The notes: generated from the sequence alone by a model not told the origin. A stretch of DNA of 64,000 bases from an uncultured Solirubrobacteraceae bacterium (GCA_964588985.1 CAZPQW010000001.1:192001-256000); one strand, 5' to 3'. Counted from the stretch's first letter, positions 48,938-60,750 are shown. Numbers and translations are program-made.

Positions 48938-49534
48938 CTAGAAACGGCGCACGCCGAACTCGAACGCGTACGTCGCGCCGCGGTGGCCCACCCGCAGCAC
49001 GCTCGGCACGGCCGGCGTGACGGCCACGCCCGCGTCGCGGTATTGACTGCTGAGGATGTTCGCGCGGTGCGGTGGCGAGGCCATCCACGCGGCCACGATG
49101 TGGGCTGGTGTCGCGAGGCTGCCGGTGCCCCACGCGATGTTTTGCCCCACCGCCACCGCTTCGGTGTGTGCCGGGTAGCTCGTCCCCCCGACGAGCGCCA
49201 GCGGTGTCTGCCCCGAGGGCCGGATGTCGGCGAAGTAGTCCCAGCGCACCATCGTCACGACCTGGCTCGAGGCCACCGAGCCGAGCGCGCCGTTGGCGTG
49301 TAGGGCATGCAGCCCGTGGGCGCGGCGTATCTGGTCCACCAGACACAGGATCGATTTGTCGATCGCGGCCGCGTTCCTGGACGTGGGGTGCAGATTGGCG
49401 TTGAGGCAGCCCGTCCGCCTGGCGGCTGCGGCGGAGCTGACGGGTGCGAGCACGCCGAAGCAGGCCAGCGCGCATGCTGCGAGCGCAACCAGCCGCCTGC
49501 TCCCCGATGTCTGCGTCACCGCTGACAAGTGCAA
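48938..49534 (-). CDS. Secreted CAP (SCP) domain protein
   Basis: Signal peptide; GQNIAWG, AWMASPPHRANIL. Confidence 0.88.
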   Translation of the reverse strand: MHLSAVTQTSGSRRLVALAACALACFGVLAPVSSAAAARRTGCLNANLHPTSRNAAAIDKSILCLVDQIRRAHGLHALHANGALGSVASSQVVTMVRWDYFADIRPSGQTPLALVGGTSYPAHTEAVAVGQNIAWGTGSLATPAHIVAAWMASPPHRANILSSQYRDAGVAVTPAVPSVLRVGHRGATYAFEFGVRRF

Positions 49535-49663
49535 AGATGCTTGCAGGTCGAGGAGACGCTCGTGTTACGTCGAAGTTGCCGCGTCCGTGCCAAGGGTGCC
49601 GGTTGCCCGCTTGGCGACGCGTCCAAACACATACCGCGCCAGGATCTATCCTGTAGCTCCCCT

Positions 49664-49734
49664 TGGGGGGTCGTCCAACGGCAGGACATCAGGTTTTGGT
49701 CCTGAGAATCGGGGTTCGAGTCCCTGCCCCCCAG
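49664..49734 (+). tRNA. tRNA-Gln (anticodon TTG); CCA not encoded
   Basis: Acceptor stem TGGGGGG/CCCCCCA; anticodon arm TCAGG-TTTTGGT-CCTGA; GGTTCGAGTCC T-arm; usual position upstream of glmU. Confidence 0.95.
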
Positions 49735-49799
49735 CTGCAGTCCCGGAAAGGCGTCCAGCGCGACCGGCCGTACGCCGCAACTGAACTAGCATCCCCCCG

Positions 49800-51164
49800 G
49801 TGAGCGCCCCCATCGTCTTGATCCTGGCGGCCGGCCGGGGTACGCGGATGCGCTCGAAGACGCCGAAGGTTCTGCACGAGATCTGCGGGCGGGCGATGGT
49901 GCTGTGGCCGGTGACGGCGGCGCTCGAGGCGGGTGCCGGCAGGGTCGTGGTGGTGGACTCGCCGGAGCGGGCGCTCGAGGGCATCCTCCCCGAGGGCGTT
50001 GATCTGGCCGTGCAGGAGCAATCCGACGGCACCGGTGGGGCGACCGCGGCGGGGATGGCGAGGCTGGGCGACGTGTCCGACCAGGACGGCCCGGTGGTGG
50101 TTCTCAGCGGGGACGTGCCGCTCGTGAGCGCCGAGGCGATCGCTGAGTTGATCGAGGCCCACAGGGGCGGCGGCGCGGCGGCGACGATGGCGAGCACGAT
50201 CCTCGACGATCCGACGGGCTACGGGCGGGTGGTGCGCGACTCCGACGGCGCGGTGGAACGGGTGGTGGAGACGAAGACGCAGGGCGACTCGACCCAGGCC
50301 GAGCGGGAGATCGGCGAGGTCAACACAGGCATCTTCGCGTTCTCCGCTCGCGCGCTGCGCCAGGCGCTCCCGCGGCTGACGGCCGACAACGCGCAGGGGG
50401 AGCTGTACCTGCCGCAGGTGCTCGACCTGTTGAGGGCCGACGGCGCGAGCGTGGCCGCGCACGTGGTGGAGGACGAGCGCCTCGTGCTGGGCGTGAACGA
50501 CCGTGTGGCGCTCGCTCGTGTCCGTGCGCTGGCGCAGGAGTCGATCCTCGAGCGGCACATGCTCGCGGGGGTGACGATCGTGGACCCCGCCTCGACGGTG
50601 ATCGACGTGGACGTGGAGATCGGCGCAGACACCGTGATCGAGCCGTTCACCACGATCAGGGGCGGGACGAGGATCGGCGGCGAGTGCACGATCCGCCACT
50701 CCTACCTGGTGGACTGCACGCTGGAGGACGGCGTGAGCGTCGGCCCGTTCGGCTACCTGCGCCCGGGGACGGTGCTGCGCAAGGGCTCGAAGGTGGGCAC
50801 GTTCGTGGAGGTCAAGAACTCCGACATCGGCCCCGGGGCGAAGGTGCCCCACCTGTCCTACCTCGGCGACGCGGATGTGGGCGAGGGCACGAACCTGGGG
50901 GCGGCGACGATCACCGCCAACTACGACGGTCGCGCCAAGCACCGCACGACGGTTGGTCGCGGCGTGCGCACGGGCGTCGACACGACGTTCGTGGCCCCGG
51001 TCACCCTCGGTGACGGCGCGGTCACGGGCGCCGGTTCGGTGATAGTCGAAGACGTGCCCGCGGGGGCGCTGGGGATCGCGCGCGAGCGCCAGCGGAACAT
51101 CGAGGGCTACGCCGAGCGCGGCGCGCCCGCGGCGGGCGACACGAGCGGATCCACGTCCGGATGA
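49800..51164 (+). CDS. glmU: Bifunctional UDP-GlcNAc pyrophosphorylase/acetyltransferase
   Basis: LAAGRGTRM..PKVLH, hexapeptide repeats, HLSYLGD, NYDG. Confidence 0.96.
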   Translation: MSAPIVLILAAGRGTRMRSKTPKVLHEICGRAMVLWPVTAALEAGAGRVVVVDSPERALEGILPEGVDLAVQEQSDGTGGATAAGMARLGDVSDQDGPVVVLSGDVPLVSAEAIAELIEAHRGGGAAATMASTILDDPTGYGRVVRDSDGAVERVVETKTQGDSTQAEREIGEVNTGIFAFSARALRQALPRLTADNAQGELYLPQVLDLLRADGASVAAHVVEDERLVLGVNDRVALARVRALAQESILERHMLAGVTIVDPASTVIDVDVEIGADTVIEPFTTIRGGTRIGGECTIRHSYLVDCTLEDGVSVGPFGYLRPGTVLRKGSKVGTFVEVKNSDIGPGAKVPHLSYLGDADVGEGTNLGAATITANYDGRAKHRTTVGRGVRTGVDTTFVAPVTLGDGAVTGAGSVIVEDVPAGALGIARERQRNIEGYAERGAPAAGDTSGSTSG

Positions 51165-51201
51165 TCATTTCGCACACGGCCTGTTTACACTCCCTGGGGA
51201 G

Positions 51202-52224
51202 ATGAGCGCGATCGACACGCGCACCGAGTCGCGGGCAAGCCTGCCGATCGACTACAACAAGCGGCTGATGCTGTTCAGCGGGCGGGCCAACCCGCAGCTG
51301 GCGGTCGACATCGCGGACAAGCTCGAAGTCGACCTCGGGCCGGTGACGCTGAAGACGTTCTCCAACGGCGAGGTGTACTGCCGCTACGAGGAGTCGATCC
51401 GCGGCGCGGACGTGTTCATCGTGCAGTCCACGTGCGGCAACCCGCAGACGGGTGTGACGGCGAACGACTCGCTGATGGAGCTGCTGTTCATGATCGACGC
51501 CGCCGTCGGGGCCTCTGCGCACCGCGTGATCGCGGTCACGCCGTGGTTCGGCTACTCGCGCCAGGACAAGAAGTCCGCGCCGCGCGAGCCGATCTCCGCG
51601 CGGCTCGTGGCGCGCATGATCGAGGCGGCGGGCGCCGATCGCGTGCTCACCATGGACCTCCACGCGGGGCAGATCCAGGGCTTCTTCCAGAAGCCGGTGG
51701 ACCACATGACCTCGCTATTCATGCTGACGCAGTACTTCGCCGACCTCGGCCTGCCCGACCTGGTGGTTGTGGCGCCGGACGCCGGCAGGGTGAAGCTGAA
51801 CAAGAAATTCGCGTCCAAGATCGGCGCCGAGCTGGCGATCCTCGACAAGGAGCGCCCGGCCCAGCAGGTCGCGGAGATCGGCTACGTGATCGGTGACGTG
51901 CGTGGCAAGACGGCGGTGATCGTCGACGACATGATCGACACCGCCGGCACGCTCGCGGCGGCCGCAAAAACCGTCAAGGAAGAGGGCGCCGCGCGCGTCT
52001 ACGCCGCGGCCACCCACGCGGTGTTCTCCGGCAACGCGTTCGAGAACCTCCAGACCGCGGGCTTCGAGGAGATCGTCGTCACCGACACCATTCCCGTCGC
52101 CGCCAAGCGCCCGGACAACGTGCGCGTGCTGCCGTGCGCGGAGCTGTTGACCGACTCGATCCGGCGGATCTTCGTCGACGACTCCGTCAGCGAGGTCTTC
52201 GGCGGCGAGAACCAGCTGTTCTGA
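51202..52224 (+). CDS. prs: Ribose-phosphate pyrophosphokinase
   Basis: FSNGE, YSRQDKK, DLHAGQIQGFF, VDDMIDTAGT. Confidence 0.97.
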   Translation: MSAIDTRTESRASLPIDYNKRLMLFSGRANPQLAVDIADKLEVDLGPVTLKTFSNGEVYCRYEESIRGADVFIVQSTCGNPQTGVTANDSLMELLFMIDAAVGASAHRVIAVTPWFGYSRQDKKSAPREPISARLVARMIEAAGADRVLTMDLHAGQIQGFFQKPVDHMTSLFMLTQYFADLGLPDLVVVAPDAGRVKLNKKFASKIGAELAILDKERPAQQVAEIGYVIGDVRGKTAVIVDDMIDTAGTLAAAAKTVKEEGAARVYAAATHAVFSGNAFENLQTAGFEEIVVTDTIPVAAKRPDNVRVLPCAELLTDSIRRIFVDDSVSEVFGGENQLF

Positions 52225-52664
52225 AACGCGTCGTTCTGATCGCATCGGCCGTGCTGCTGTTCTTCGCGATCAGCGGCGTGCTGGCGCGGTTCCTGTCGAT
52301 GGAGAACGCCGAACGCGACGACGACGAGGCGTTGATCCAGGCGCAGGCGAAGGGAGACGCGAACGCGATGATCTCCCAGCTGAGCGGCTGCCGCGAGAAC
52401 CCCTCGTGTGTGGCGGAAGTGACGGCGCGGGTTCACAACACGCGCCTGGTGCGCCCGGGCAATGTGAAGATCCTCCAGCTGACCTCGCCGACCGCGTATT
52501 CGCTGACCGGATCGACCGGCAGGACGCGCCTCGCGTGGACGGTGATCGGCACCCTGCCGGTGGTGCAGTGCGTGCTCGTCCGCCGCACCGGCAACTTCCT
52601 CACGGGCATCCACGTTTCGCTGCTCTCCGTGAGCGCGCCCATACCGAACGAAGGCGATTGCTAG
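52221..52664 (+). CDS. Hypothetical exported/membrane-anchored protein; start uncertain (CTG 52221?)
   Basis: LKRVVLIASAVLLFFAISGVL signal/TM segment begins at the prs stop. Confidence 0.6.
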   Translation: MKRVVLIASAVLLFFAISGVLARFLSMENAERDDDEALIQAQAKGDANAMISQLSGCRENPSCVAEVTARVHNTRLVRPGNVKILQLTSPTAYSLTGSTGRTRLAWTVIGTLPVVQCVLVRRTGNFLTGIHVSLLSVSAPIPNEGDC

Positions 52665-52680
52665 AGTCTCATCTCCCGTC

Positions 52681-53340
52681 ATGGCCAGCACGACTACAAA
52701 GCTCAGTGTCAACAGCCGCTCCGCGGAGGGCTCGCGCAGCGCACGGCGCCTGCGTCGCAGCGGCCGGGTGCCCGGCGTGCTCTACGGCGGCGACGGCGAG
52801 CCGATCGGCTTCGACGCCGACGAGCGCGAGCTGCGCCACGCGCTCGCGGGCTCCGGCGCGGTCCTCGACCTGAGCATCGACGGCGGCAAAGCGACGCCGG
52901 TGGTGCTGAAGGAGTCCCAGCGCGACCCCGTGCGCGGCCAGACCACACACGTAGACCTCCTGCGCGTCAACCTGAACGAGAAGATCCACGCGGTCGTGCC
53001 GATCGAGCTGACCGGCGCGGATGACTCGCCGGGCGTCAAGCAGGGCGGCATCCTCGAGCAGATCACCCGCGAGCTGAACGCCGAAGCGCTGCCGACCGCG
53101 ATCCCCGAGTCGATCCCCCACGACGTGAGCGCGATGGAGATCGGCGAGACGATCCTGCTTTCGGCGCTGACGGTGCCCGAGGGCGTAACGCTGCTCGACG
53201 ACCTCGAGGAGACGGTCGTGGCGACGCTGCTGCCGCCGCGCCTGCAGAGCGACACCGCGGATGAGATCGAAGCCGAGACCGAGCTCGTCGGCGAGGCCAA
53301 GGGCGACGCCGACGCAGGGGACTCCTCTAGCGAGGAGTAG
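52681..53340 (+). CDS. rplY: 50S ribosomal protein L25/Ctc
   Basis: RRLRRSGRVPGVLYG, QRDPV..HVDL, GVKQGG. Confidence 0.96.
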   Translation: MASTTTKLSVNSRSAEGSRSARRLRRSGRVPGVLYGGDGEPIGFDADERELRHALAGSGAVLDLSIDGGKATPVVLKESQRDPVRGQTTHVDLLRVNLNEKIHAVVPIELTGADDSPGVKQGGILEQITRELNAEALPTAIPESIPHDVSAMEIGETILLSALTVPEGVTLLDDLEETVVATLLPPRLQSDTADEIEAETELVGEAKGDADAGDSSSEE

Positions 53341-53345
53341 AACCG

Positions 53346-53963
53346 CTGCGACGCCCCTTCGGTGGCGGTGGCGGAGCCGTCGACTGGCTGATCGTAGGGC
53401 TGGGCAACCCCGGTCGGGAGTACGCGGGAACGCGGCACAACGTCGGCTTCATGGTGGCGGAAGCCCTTGTGGAGCGATGGGGGCTCGGCAAGGGTAAGGA
53501 CCGCTTTCGCGGTCGCCTCGCGGAAGGTCGCGTGCAGAATGCCTCATCCCCGGGTACTGCCCCACGGGTGGCGGTCCTGTGCCCTCAGACGTTCATGAAC
53601 GACGCCGGACGCTCCGTGGGTCCGGCACGCGGCGCGTTCAAGCTGCCACTTGAGCGCGTGCTCGTGGTGCACGATGAGATCGACCTCCCGTTCGGCGACG
53701 TGCGCACCCGCCTCGGCGGCGGGCTGGCCGGCCACAACGGGCTGAAGTCGCTCAAGCGCGAGCTCGGCAGCCCGGACTTCATGCGCGTGCGGGTCGGCGT
53801 CGGCCGTCCCGACTCGACCGACCCGGAGATCGTCTCCGCATACGTGCTCGGCCGCTTCCGCGAGGATCGCGCCCAGGTGCGGGAGCTGGTGGACCGCGCG
53901 TGCGAGCACGTGGAGCGCGTGGTGCTGGGGCAGGACGACGAACAGCCGCAGGGGGCTGGCTAG
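53346..53963 (+). CDS. pth: Peptidyl-tRNA hydrolase; probable CTG start
   Basis: LIVGLGNPG..YAGTRHNVGF lies upstream of the first ATG; TFMN, HDEID, GHNGLKS. Confidence 0.93.
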   Translation: MRRPFGGGGGAVDWLIVGLGNPGREYAGTRHNVGFMVAEALVERWGLGKGKDRFRGRLAEGRVQNASSPGTAPRVAVLCPQTFMNDAGRSVGPARGAFKLPLERVLVVHDEIDLPFGDVRTRLGGGLAGHNGLKSLKRELGSPDFMRVRVGVGRPDSTDPEIVSAYVLGRFREDRAQVRELVDRACEHVERVVLGQDDEQPQGAG

Positions 53964-56900
53964 ATGGCGACGAGCACCGGCGCGCTGCGCTCGCTGTTGG
54001 GTCTCGTCCAGGACGACGAGTCGACGCTGAAGCTCGCGCGCGAGGGCGGCCACGCGTTCGTTTCGAGCGCCCTGCGCCCCTACACGATCGCCGCCCTCTC
54101 GGAGATCGACGAGCGGGCGCGTGCGCGCCCCACGCTGGTGGTGGTGGGCGACGACCGTGCGGCCCGCGACATGGCCGCGGACCTGCGCGCGTGGCTCGCG
54201 CCGCGACGCGTGCGCTACTACCCCTCCCGCGGCGTCGCGTACGAGTCGCACCTCGCGCCCCCCGCGCACCTCGTCGGCCTGCGGGTGGCGGCGCTCGACG
54301 CGCTGCTCGGCGCGAGCGATGGGGCGGGTGCGGGTCCGCACGACGGCCAGCCGGTGGTGGTGGTGAGCGCGGTGGCGCTGTCGGAGAAGGTCCCCGACCC
54401 GCAGCTGCGGCCGCACTCGTTCACGCTGCGCGTGGGCGAGCTGCTCGACCTGGAGGAGTGCGCGGCAGAGCTCGTCGGCGCGGGCTACGAGCGCGCCGAC
54501 CAGGTCGAGGAGCGCGGCCAGTTCGCTCTCCGCGGTGGCCTCTTGGACGTGTTCCCCGCGACGGAGGAGCGGGCGGTGCGCGTGGACATGTTCGACGTGG
54601 AGATCGAATCGCTGCGCTGGTTCTCCACGTTCACGCAGCGCTCGCTCGGCGAGGTCGAGGAGGTTGAGATCGCGCCCGCGGCGGAGCTCGCGATCGAGCA
54701 CCGCGAGCTCGCCGAGATCGCAGCCGCGACCGGCGCGTTCACGAAGAGCGAAGGGCAGGACTCCGAGCGCCCGGACATCGCGGAGCTACTGCCCGTGGAG
54801 CGCTTCGGCGCGCTGCTCGACCTCGTGGGCGAGGACGCGCAGCTGATCGTCGCCGCGGAGGAGGAGATCGCACCGGTGCTGAGCGACCATTGGAGCGACG
54901 TGTGCGCTGCGTTCGGCGACGAGGACGCGCACCACCTGTACGTGAGCCCCGAAAGCATCGAGGAGACGCTGTCGCAGCGCACGCGGATCTGGCTCTCGGC
55001 GCTCGCGAGCGGCCAGGAGATCGAGCTGCGCGCGCAGTCCGCGGACACCGCCGCTCGCTCGCTCGCGGAAGCGGAGCCGCAGCTCGAGAAGCTCGTGCGC
55101 TCCGGCTATCGCACGGTGGTGGCGTTCCCGCGCCGCGGCGAGGGCGAGCGCGCCGCGTACAACCTCGGCCGCATGAAAGCGACGTGGCTCGCCGAGGACA
55201 TCGACGCCGGTCACCAGGTCATAGAACCGTCTCTGCGCTTCACCACCGCGTCGCTGCGGGAGGGGTTCGTCGCGCCGCAGCTGAAGCTCGCGGTGTTCCC
55301 CGAGCACAGGCTGCTGCGCCGCCGCCGCGCTCAGCAGGACCCGGGCCCGGCGGGTGGCGGACTGGGGGGCGTGCGCAGGGGCGCTCTGCGCTCGTTCACC
55401 GAGCTGCGCACGGGCGACATCGTGGTGCACGAGGACCACGGCGTGGCGCGCTTCGCGGGCTTCGAGACGCGCACCGTCGCGAACGTCACCCGCGACTACC
55501 TTTACCTGGAATACCAGGGCGACGATCGCGTGTTCGTGCCCACCGACCAGCTGGCGAAGATCTCCCGCTATGTGGGCGCCGGCGGCGATCACCCGCCGCT
55601 GAGCAAACTCGGCGGCACGCGCTGGGACACGATGAAGGCGCGCGCGCGCCGCGCCGCGCAGGAGCTGGCGGGCGAGCTGTTGAGCCTGTACGCGGAGCGC
55701 AAACGCCGCAGCGGCCACGCGTTCGGGCCGGACTCCGACTGGCAGCGCGAGTTCGAGACCCGCTTCCCGTTCACCGAGACCGCCGACCAGCGCGACGCGA
55801 TCGAGCTGGTGAAGGCGGACATGGAAGCGCCGCGGCCGATGGACCGGCTGGTGTGCGGCGACGTGGGCTACGGCAAGACGGAGGTGGCGCTGCGCGCGGC
55901 GTTCAAGTCCGCGGAGGCGGGCAAGCAGGTGCTGATGCTCGTGCCCACCACGATCCTCGCCCAGCAGCACTACGGCACGTTCGCCGAGCGCCTCGCCGAC
56001 TACCCGTTCACGCTCGAGCACGTGTCGCGCTTTCGCACCGCCGCCGAGCAGAAAGAGGCGATCAAGGGGTTCGCGGACGGCCGCGTGGACATCCTCGTGG
56101 GCACCCACCGCGTGCTCTCCAAAGACGTCCGCGCGAAGGACCTCGGCCTGTTGATCGTGGACGAGGAGCAGCGTTTCGGGGTCAAGCAGAAGGAGCTGTT
56201 GCGCCAGATGAAGCTGAAGGTGGACGTGATCGCGATGTCCGCCACGCCGATCCCGCGCACGCTGCAGATGTCGCTCGCGGGGCTGCGCGACATCTCCGTG
56301 ATCGAGACCCCGCCGGAAGGCCGCCGGCCGGTGAAGACGTACGTGGGAGAGTACGAGGAGGAGCTGGTCAAGCGCGCGATCGAGCGCGAGCGCGAGCGCG
56401 ACGGGCAGGCGTTCTTCCTGCACAACCGCGTGGAGTCGATCGAGGAGACCGCCGAGCGCCTGCGCGCGCTCTGCCCAGGGGTGCGTTTCGCGGTCGCGCA
56501 CGGGCAGATGGGCGAGGGCGAGCTGGAGGCGGTGATGATGGACTACCTGCGCGGCGGCGCGGACGTGCTGGTGTGCACGTCGATCATCGAGTCCGGCATC
56601 GACATCCCGCAGGCGAACACGCTGATCGTGGAGCACGCGGACGCGTTCGGCCTCGCCCAGCTCTACCAGATCCGCGGGCGCGTGGGCCGCAGCCGCGAGC
56701 GTGCGTACGCGTACCTTCTGTATGACTCCGCGGCGGCGCTCACGCCCGAGGCCGCGCAGCGGCTGTCGGCGCTCTCGGATCACACCGAGCTGGGCGCGGG
56801 CTTCAAGATCGCGATGCGCGACCTGGAGATCCGCGGCGCGGGCAACCTGCTCGGCGACGAGCAGTCGGGGCACGTGGCGGCGCTCGGCTTCGAGCTGTAC

Positions 56901-57407
56901 ATGCAGATGCTCGACGAGGCGGTCAAAGCGGCCGAGCCGGAGATCGAGGGCGAGACGCTGCCCGAGCCGGTGCGACTCGACGTGAACGTCGACGCGTACG
57001 TACCCGCCGACTACGTCCCCTACGAGCAGGCCAAGATCGAGATCCACCGTCGCGTCGCCGGCGCGCTCGAGGTGGCCGACGTGGAACGCCTGCGCGAGGA
57101 GCTAGAGGACCGCTTCGGCGAGCTGCCCGAGCCGGTTCAGAACATGCTCGCGCTGCAGCGCGCGCGCATCAAGTTCGGCGAGGCGGGCGCGCGCACGGTG
57201 AGCTTCCACGGCGACCGGCTGACGGTCGTCCCGATCGAGCTCGACTCGACGCGTGCGAAGAGATTGCGCGAACAGCTGCCGGGCGCTTTGTATGAATCGA
57301 GCCGCTCACAGGTGTCGATGCGCGTTCCAAAGGACGGGACCGAGCGCTTCCCCAGTGTCGTGGCCGCGGCGGACGCGCTGCTGGCGATCGTGCGCGAGGC
57401 CGCGTGA
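53964..57407 (+). CDS. mfd: Transcription-repair coupling factor
   Basis: CarD-like VVHEDHGV, GDVGYGKTE, DEEQRFG, QIRGRVGR, TRCF C-terminus. Confidence 0.97.
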   Translation: MATSTGALRSLLGLVQDDESTLKLAREGGHAFVSSALRPYTIAALSEIDERARARPTLVVVGDDRAARDMAADLRAWLAPRRVRYYPSRGVAYESHLAPPAHLVGLRVAALDALLGASDGAGAGPHDGQPVVVVSAVALSEKVPDPQLRPHSFTLRVGELLDLEECAAELVGAGYERADQVEERGQFALRGGLLDVFPATEERAVRVDMFDVEIESLRWFSTFTQRSLGEVEEVEIAPAAELAIEHRELAEIAAATGAFTKSEGQDSERPDIAELLPVERFGALLDLVGEDAQLIVAAEEEIAPVLSDHWSDVCAAFGDEDAHHLYVSPESIEETLSQRTRIWLSALASGQEIELRAQSADTAARSLAEAEPQLEKLVRSGYRTVVAFPRRGEGERAAYNLGRMKATWLAEDIDAGHQVIEPSLRFTTASLREGFVAPQLKLAVFPEHRLLRRRRAQQDPGPAGGGLGGVRRGALRSFTELRTGDIVVHEDHGVARFAGFETRTVANVTRDYLYLEYQGDDRVFVPTDQLAKISRYVGAGGDHPPLSKLGGTRWDTMKARARRAAQELAGELLSLYAERKRRSGHAFGPDSDWQREFETRFPFTETADQRDAIELVKADMEAPRPMDRLVCGDVGYGKTEVALRAAFKSAEAGKQVLMLVPTTILAQQHYGTFAERLADYPFTLEHVSRFRTAAEQKEAIKGFADGRVDILVGTHRVLSKDVRAKDLGLLIVDEEQRFGVKQKELLRQMKLKVDVIAMSATPIPRTLQMSLAGLRDISVIETPPEGRRPVKTYVGEYEEELVKRAIERERERDGQAFFLHNRVESIEETAERLRALCPGVRFAVAHGQMGEGELEAVMMDYLRGGADVLVCTSIIESGIDIPQANTLIVEHADAFGLAQLYQIRGRVGRSRERAYAYLLYDSAAALTPEAAQRLSALSDHTELGAGFKIAMRDLEIRGAGNLLGDEQSGHVAALGFELYMQMLDEAVKAAEPEIEGETLPEPVRLDVNVDAYVPADYVPYEQAKIEIHRRVAGALEVADVERLREELEDRFGELPEPVQNMLALQRARIKFGEAGARTVSFHGDRLTVVPIELDSTRAKRLREQLPGALYESSRSQVSMRVPKDGTERFPSVVAAADALLAIVREAA

Positions 57408-57466
57408 GCGGCACTTAGGAACTCGTTAAGCACGACTTCGCAGCTTTCCGCTAGAGTGCCCGCGTC

Positions 57467-58612
57467 GTGACCAAGTCCCTCCGTTTCCTCTCGGCGCTAG
57501 GCGCCGTTTTGTTTGCCCTCGTGGGTCTCTCCGCGTGCGGTGGCGGCATCCCCGGCGACGCCGTCGTGCAGGTCGGCGGCAAGTCGATCACCAAGACGAC
57601 GTTCAACCACTGGATGCAGGTGGCCTCGGCGTCGACGGCGGCGAGCGGCGGCAAGCCCGTCGTGCCGGAACCGCCAAGTTACTCGGCCTGCATCGCACAC
57701 CTCGCGGCGACCGCTCCGAAGCCGGCGAAGGGGCAGAAAGCTCCCACCACCGCACAGCTCAAGACTCAGTGCGAACAGCAGTACAAATCTTTGCAGCAGC
57801 AGGTGCTCGGTTTCCTGATTTCCTCCCAGTGGGTCATCGGCGAAGCTTCCTCGCTGGGAGTGAAGCTCACGGATGCCGAAGTCCGCAAGCAGTTCCTGAA
57901 AATCAAGAACCAGCAGTTCCCCAAGGCTGCCGAATTCGAAAAATTCCTGGCCACGTCAGGTCAGACCGTCTCGGATCTGCTGCTCCGCATCAAGGCCGTC
58001 TCGCTGCTGCCGCAGAAAATCGAGGCGAAGATCGTGAAGGACAAGGGCAAGGTCACCGAATCTCAGATCGCCCAGTACTACGAAAAGAACAAGTCGCGCT
58101 TCGGAACACCGGAAAAGCGCAGCGTTCAGATCATCCTCACGAAAACCGAAGCGGCGGCGAAGAGCGCGAAGAAGGAAGTCGAATCGGGTAAGAGCTTCGC
58201 GAGCGTGGCCAAAAAGGTATCGATCGATCCGACGAGCAAGGCGAAGGGCGGCCTGCTGCCGGAAGTGATCAAAGGCGAGGAGGAGAAAGCCCTCGACGCG
58301 GCTATCTTCTCCGCTTCGAAGAACGCCCTGAGCGGACCTATCAAGACCCCGTTCGGCTTCTACGTGTTCGAAGTGAAGGGCATCACCGCCGGCCAGCAGC
58401 AGCCGCTGTCGAAGGTGAAAGCCTCGATCAAGCAGCAGCTCACAGCCACCCAGCAGCAGACGGCGCTGACTAGTTTCGTGAAGGCGTTCAAGAAGAAGTG
58501 GACCGCCAAAACCGACTGCCGCGCTGGCTACGTCGTGACCGACTGCAAGCAGTACAAAGCCCCGAAGACGGCTAAAGGCGCGTCTTCGACGGGCACGACC
58601 GAAGCCGGCTAG
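57467..58612 (+). CDS. PrsA/SurA-like parvulin PPIase lipoprotein
   Basis: LSAC lipobox; FASVAKKVSID..SKAKGGLL, PIKTPFGFYV. Confidence 0.85.
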   Translation: MTKSLRFLSALGAVLFALVGLSACGGGIPGDAVVQVGGKSITKTTFNHWMQVASASTAASGGKPVVPEPPSYSACIAHLAATAPKPAKGQKAPTTAQLKTQCEQQYKSLQQQVLGFLISSQWVIGEASSLGVKLTDAEVRKQFLKIKNQQFPKAAEFEKFLATSGQTVSDLLLRIKAVSLLPQKIEAKIVKDKGKVTESQIAQYYEKNKSRFGTPEKRSVQIILTKTEAAAKSAKKEVESGKSFASVAKKVSIDPTSKAKGGLLPEVIKGEEEKALDAAIFSASKNALSGPIKTPFGFYVFEVKGITAGQQQPLSKVKASIKQQLTATQQQTALTSFVKAFKKKWTAKTDCRAGYVVTDCKQYKAPKTAKGASSTGTTEAG

Positions 58613-58659
58613 AGCGTCGTCCGCTACGCCGGCGTCGACGAAGTGGAAGGATCCGCTGA

Positions 58660-59937
<1,278 letters not shown>

Positions 59938-59994
59938 CAATCACGCGGCACCCACCGGCAGGAGGTTCGCGCCGGTGCGCGAATCGATCAGTGG

Positions 59995-60360
59995 ATGCCA
60001 GCCGCCTCAGCAGCAGCCCCGCGCGGCAAGCGCGCCCCCCGCTCGCGCTCCAACGCCCCCCCGGCTGCTCGCGTCGGAGCGAGGATACGCTGGGACCGGC
60101 TCGGGAAGGCGGCGATGCTGTGCGTGTCGGTCGCGCTCGTGTACCTGTATCTCAGCGCCGGCATCCACATGCTCTCCACCTGGCGTCAGTCCCGTCACGA
60201 CAGCGCTGTGGTGGCGACGATGCGCCACGAACATGCGCTGCTTCTGCGCCAGCACGAACTCCTGAGCAAGCAGGCGACGCTCGAAGCGGAGGCGCGCCAG
60301 CTGGGGATGATGAAGAAAGGCGAGCAGCCATACATGGTCGGCTCGCTGCCCGACAACTGA
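59995..60360 (+). CDS. Septum formation initiator (FtsB/DivIC-like)
   Basis: TM helix, coiled coil and EAEARQLGMMKKGE; located after eno. Confidence 0.75.
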   Translation: MPAASAAAPRGKRAPRSRSNAPPAARVGARIRWDRLGKAAMLCVSVALVYLYLSAGIHMLSTWRQSRHDSAVVATMRHEHALLLRQHELLSKQATLEAEARQLGMMKKGEQPYMVGSLPDN

Positions 60361-60407
60361 GCGGGAACGCCGCCGCCGTGCGGGGCGCTGCTAGCCTCGC
60401 CGAGCGA

Positions 60408-60731
60408 GTGTCCTTCGAGAACGCGATCTACCAGTGGCAGCAGGGCGAGCGTCGCCTGCAGCGGGCTCCGTCGGAGCGTGTGCAGCTGCTGGAGCGGGTG
60501 ATCGACTCGATCGTGGCGGAATTGCGCAGGCGCCTCGGCGGTCGCTTCTCGGCGGCGGAGCTCGTCGAGCTGTACGGCGCGGGGACCGGCTGGTGCCTGC
60601 AGGTGGCGATGAAGCTCGCCCCGGCGGATCCGTGGGCGTGGGAGGCCGGCCTGGTGGCCGACGCGGCGTTTGGACGCTACCTGCGCGAGGCGAGCGACTA
60701 CGCAGGCGGGAGACTCGAGATCGGGACTTAG
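60408..60731 (+). CDS. Hypothetical protein
   Basis: GTG start; SFENAIYQW...ELRRRLGGRF...YLREASDYAGG; coding-like codon bias. Confidence 0.7.
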   Translation: MSFENAIYQWQQGERRLQRAPSERVQLLERVIDSIVAELRRRLGGRFSAAELVELYGAGTGWCLQVAMKLAPADPWAWEAGLVADAAFGRYLREASDYAGGRLEIGT

Positions 60732-60750
60732 CGCCGCCCCAGTGGTGCTG

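Noticed and set aside
49664-49734. tRNA-Gln as an integration site
   Set aside because: No integrase and no duplicated tRNA 3' end seen; glmU follows directly
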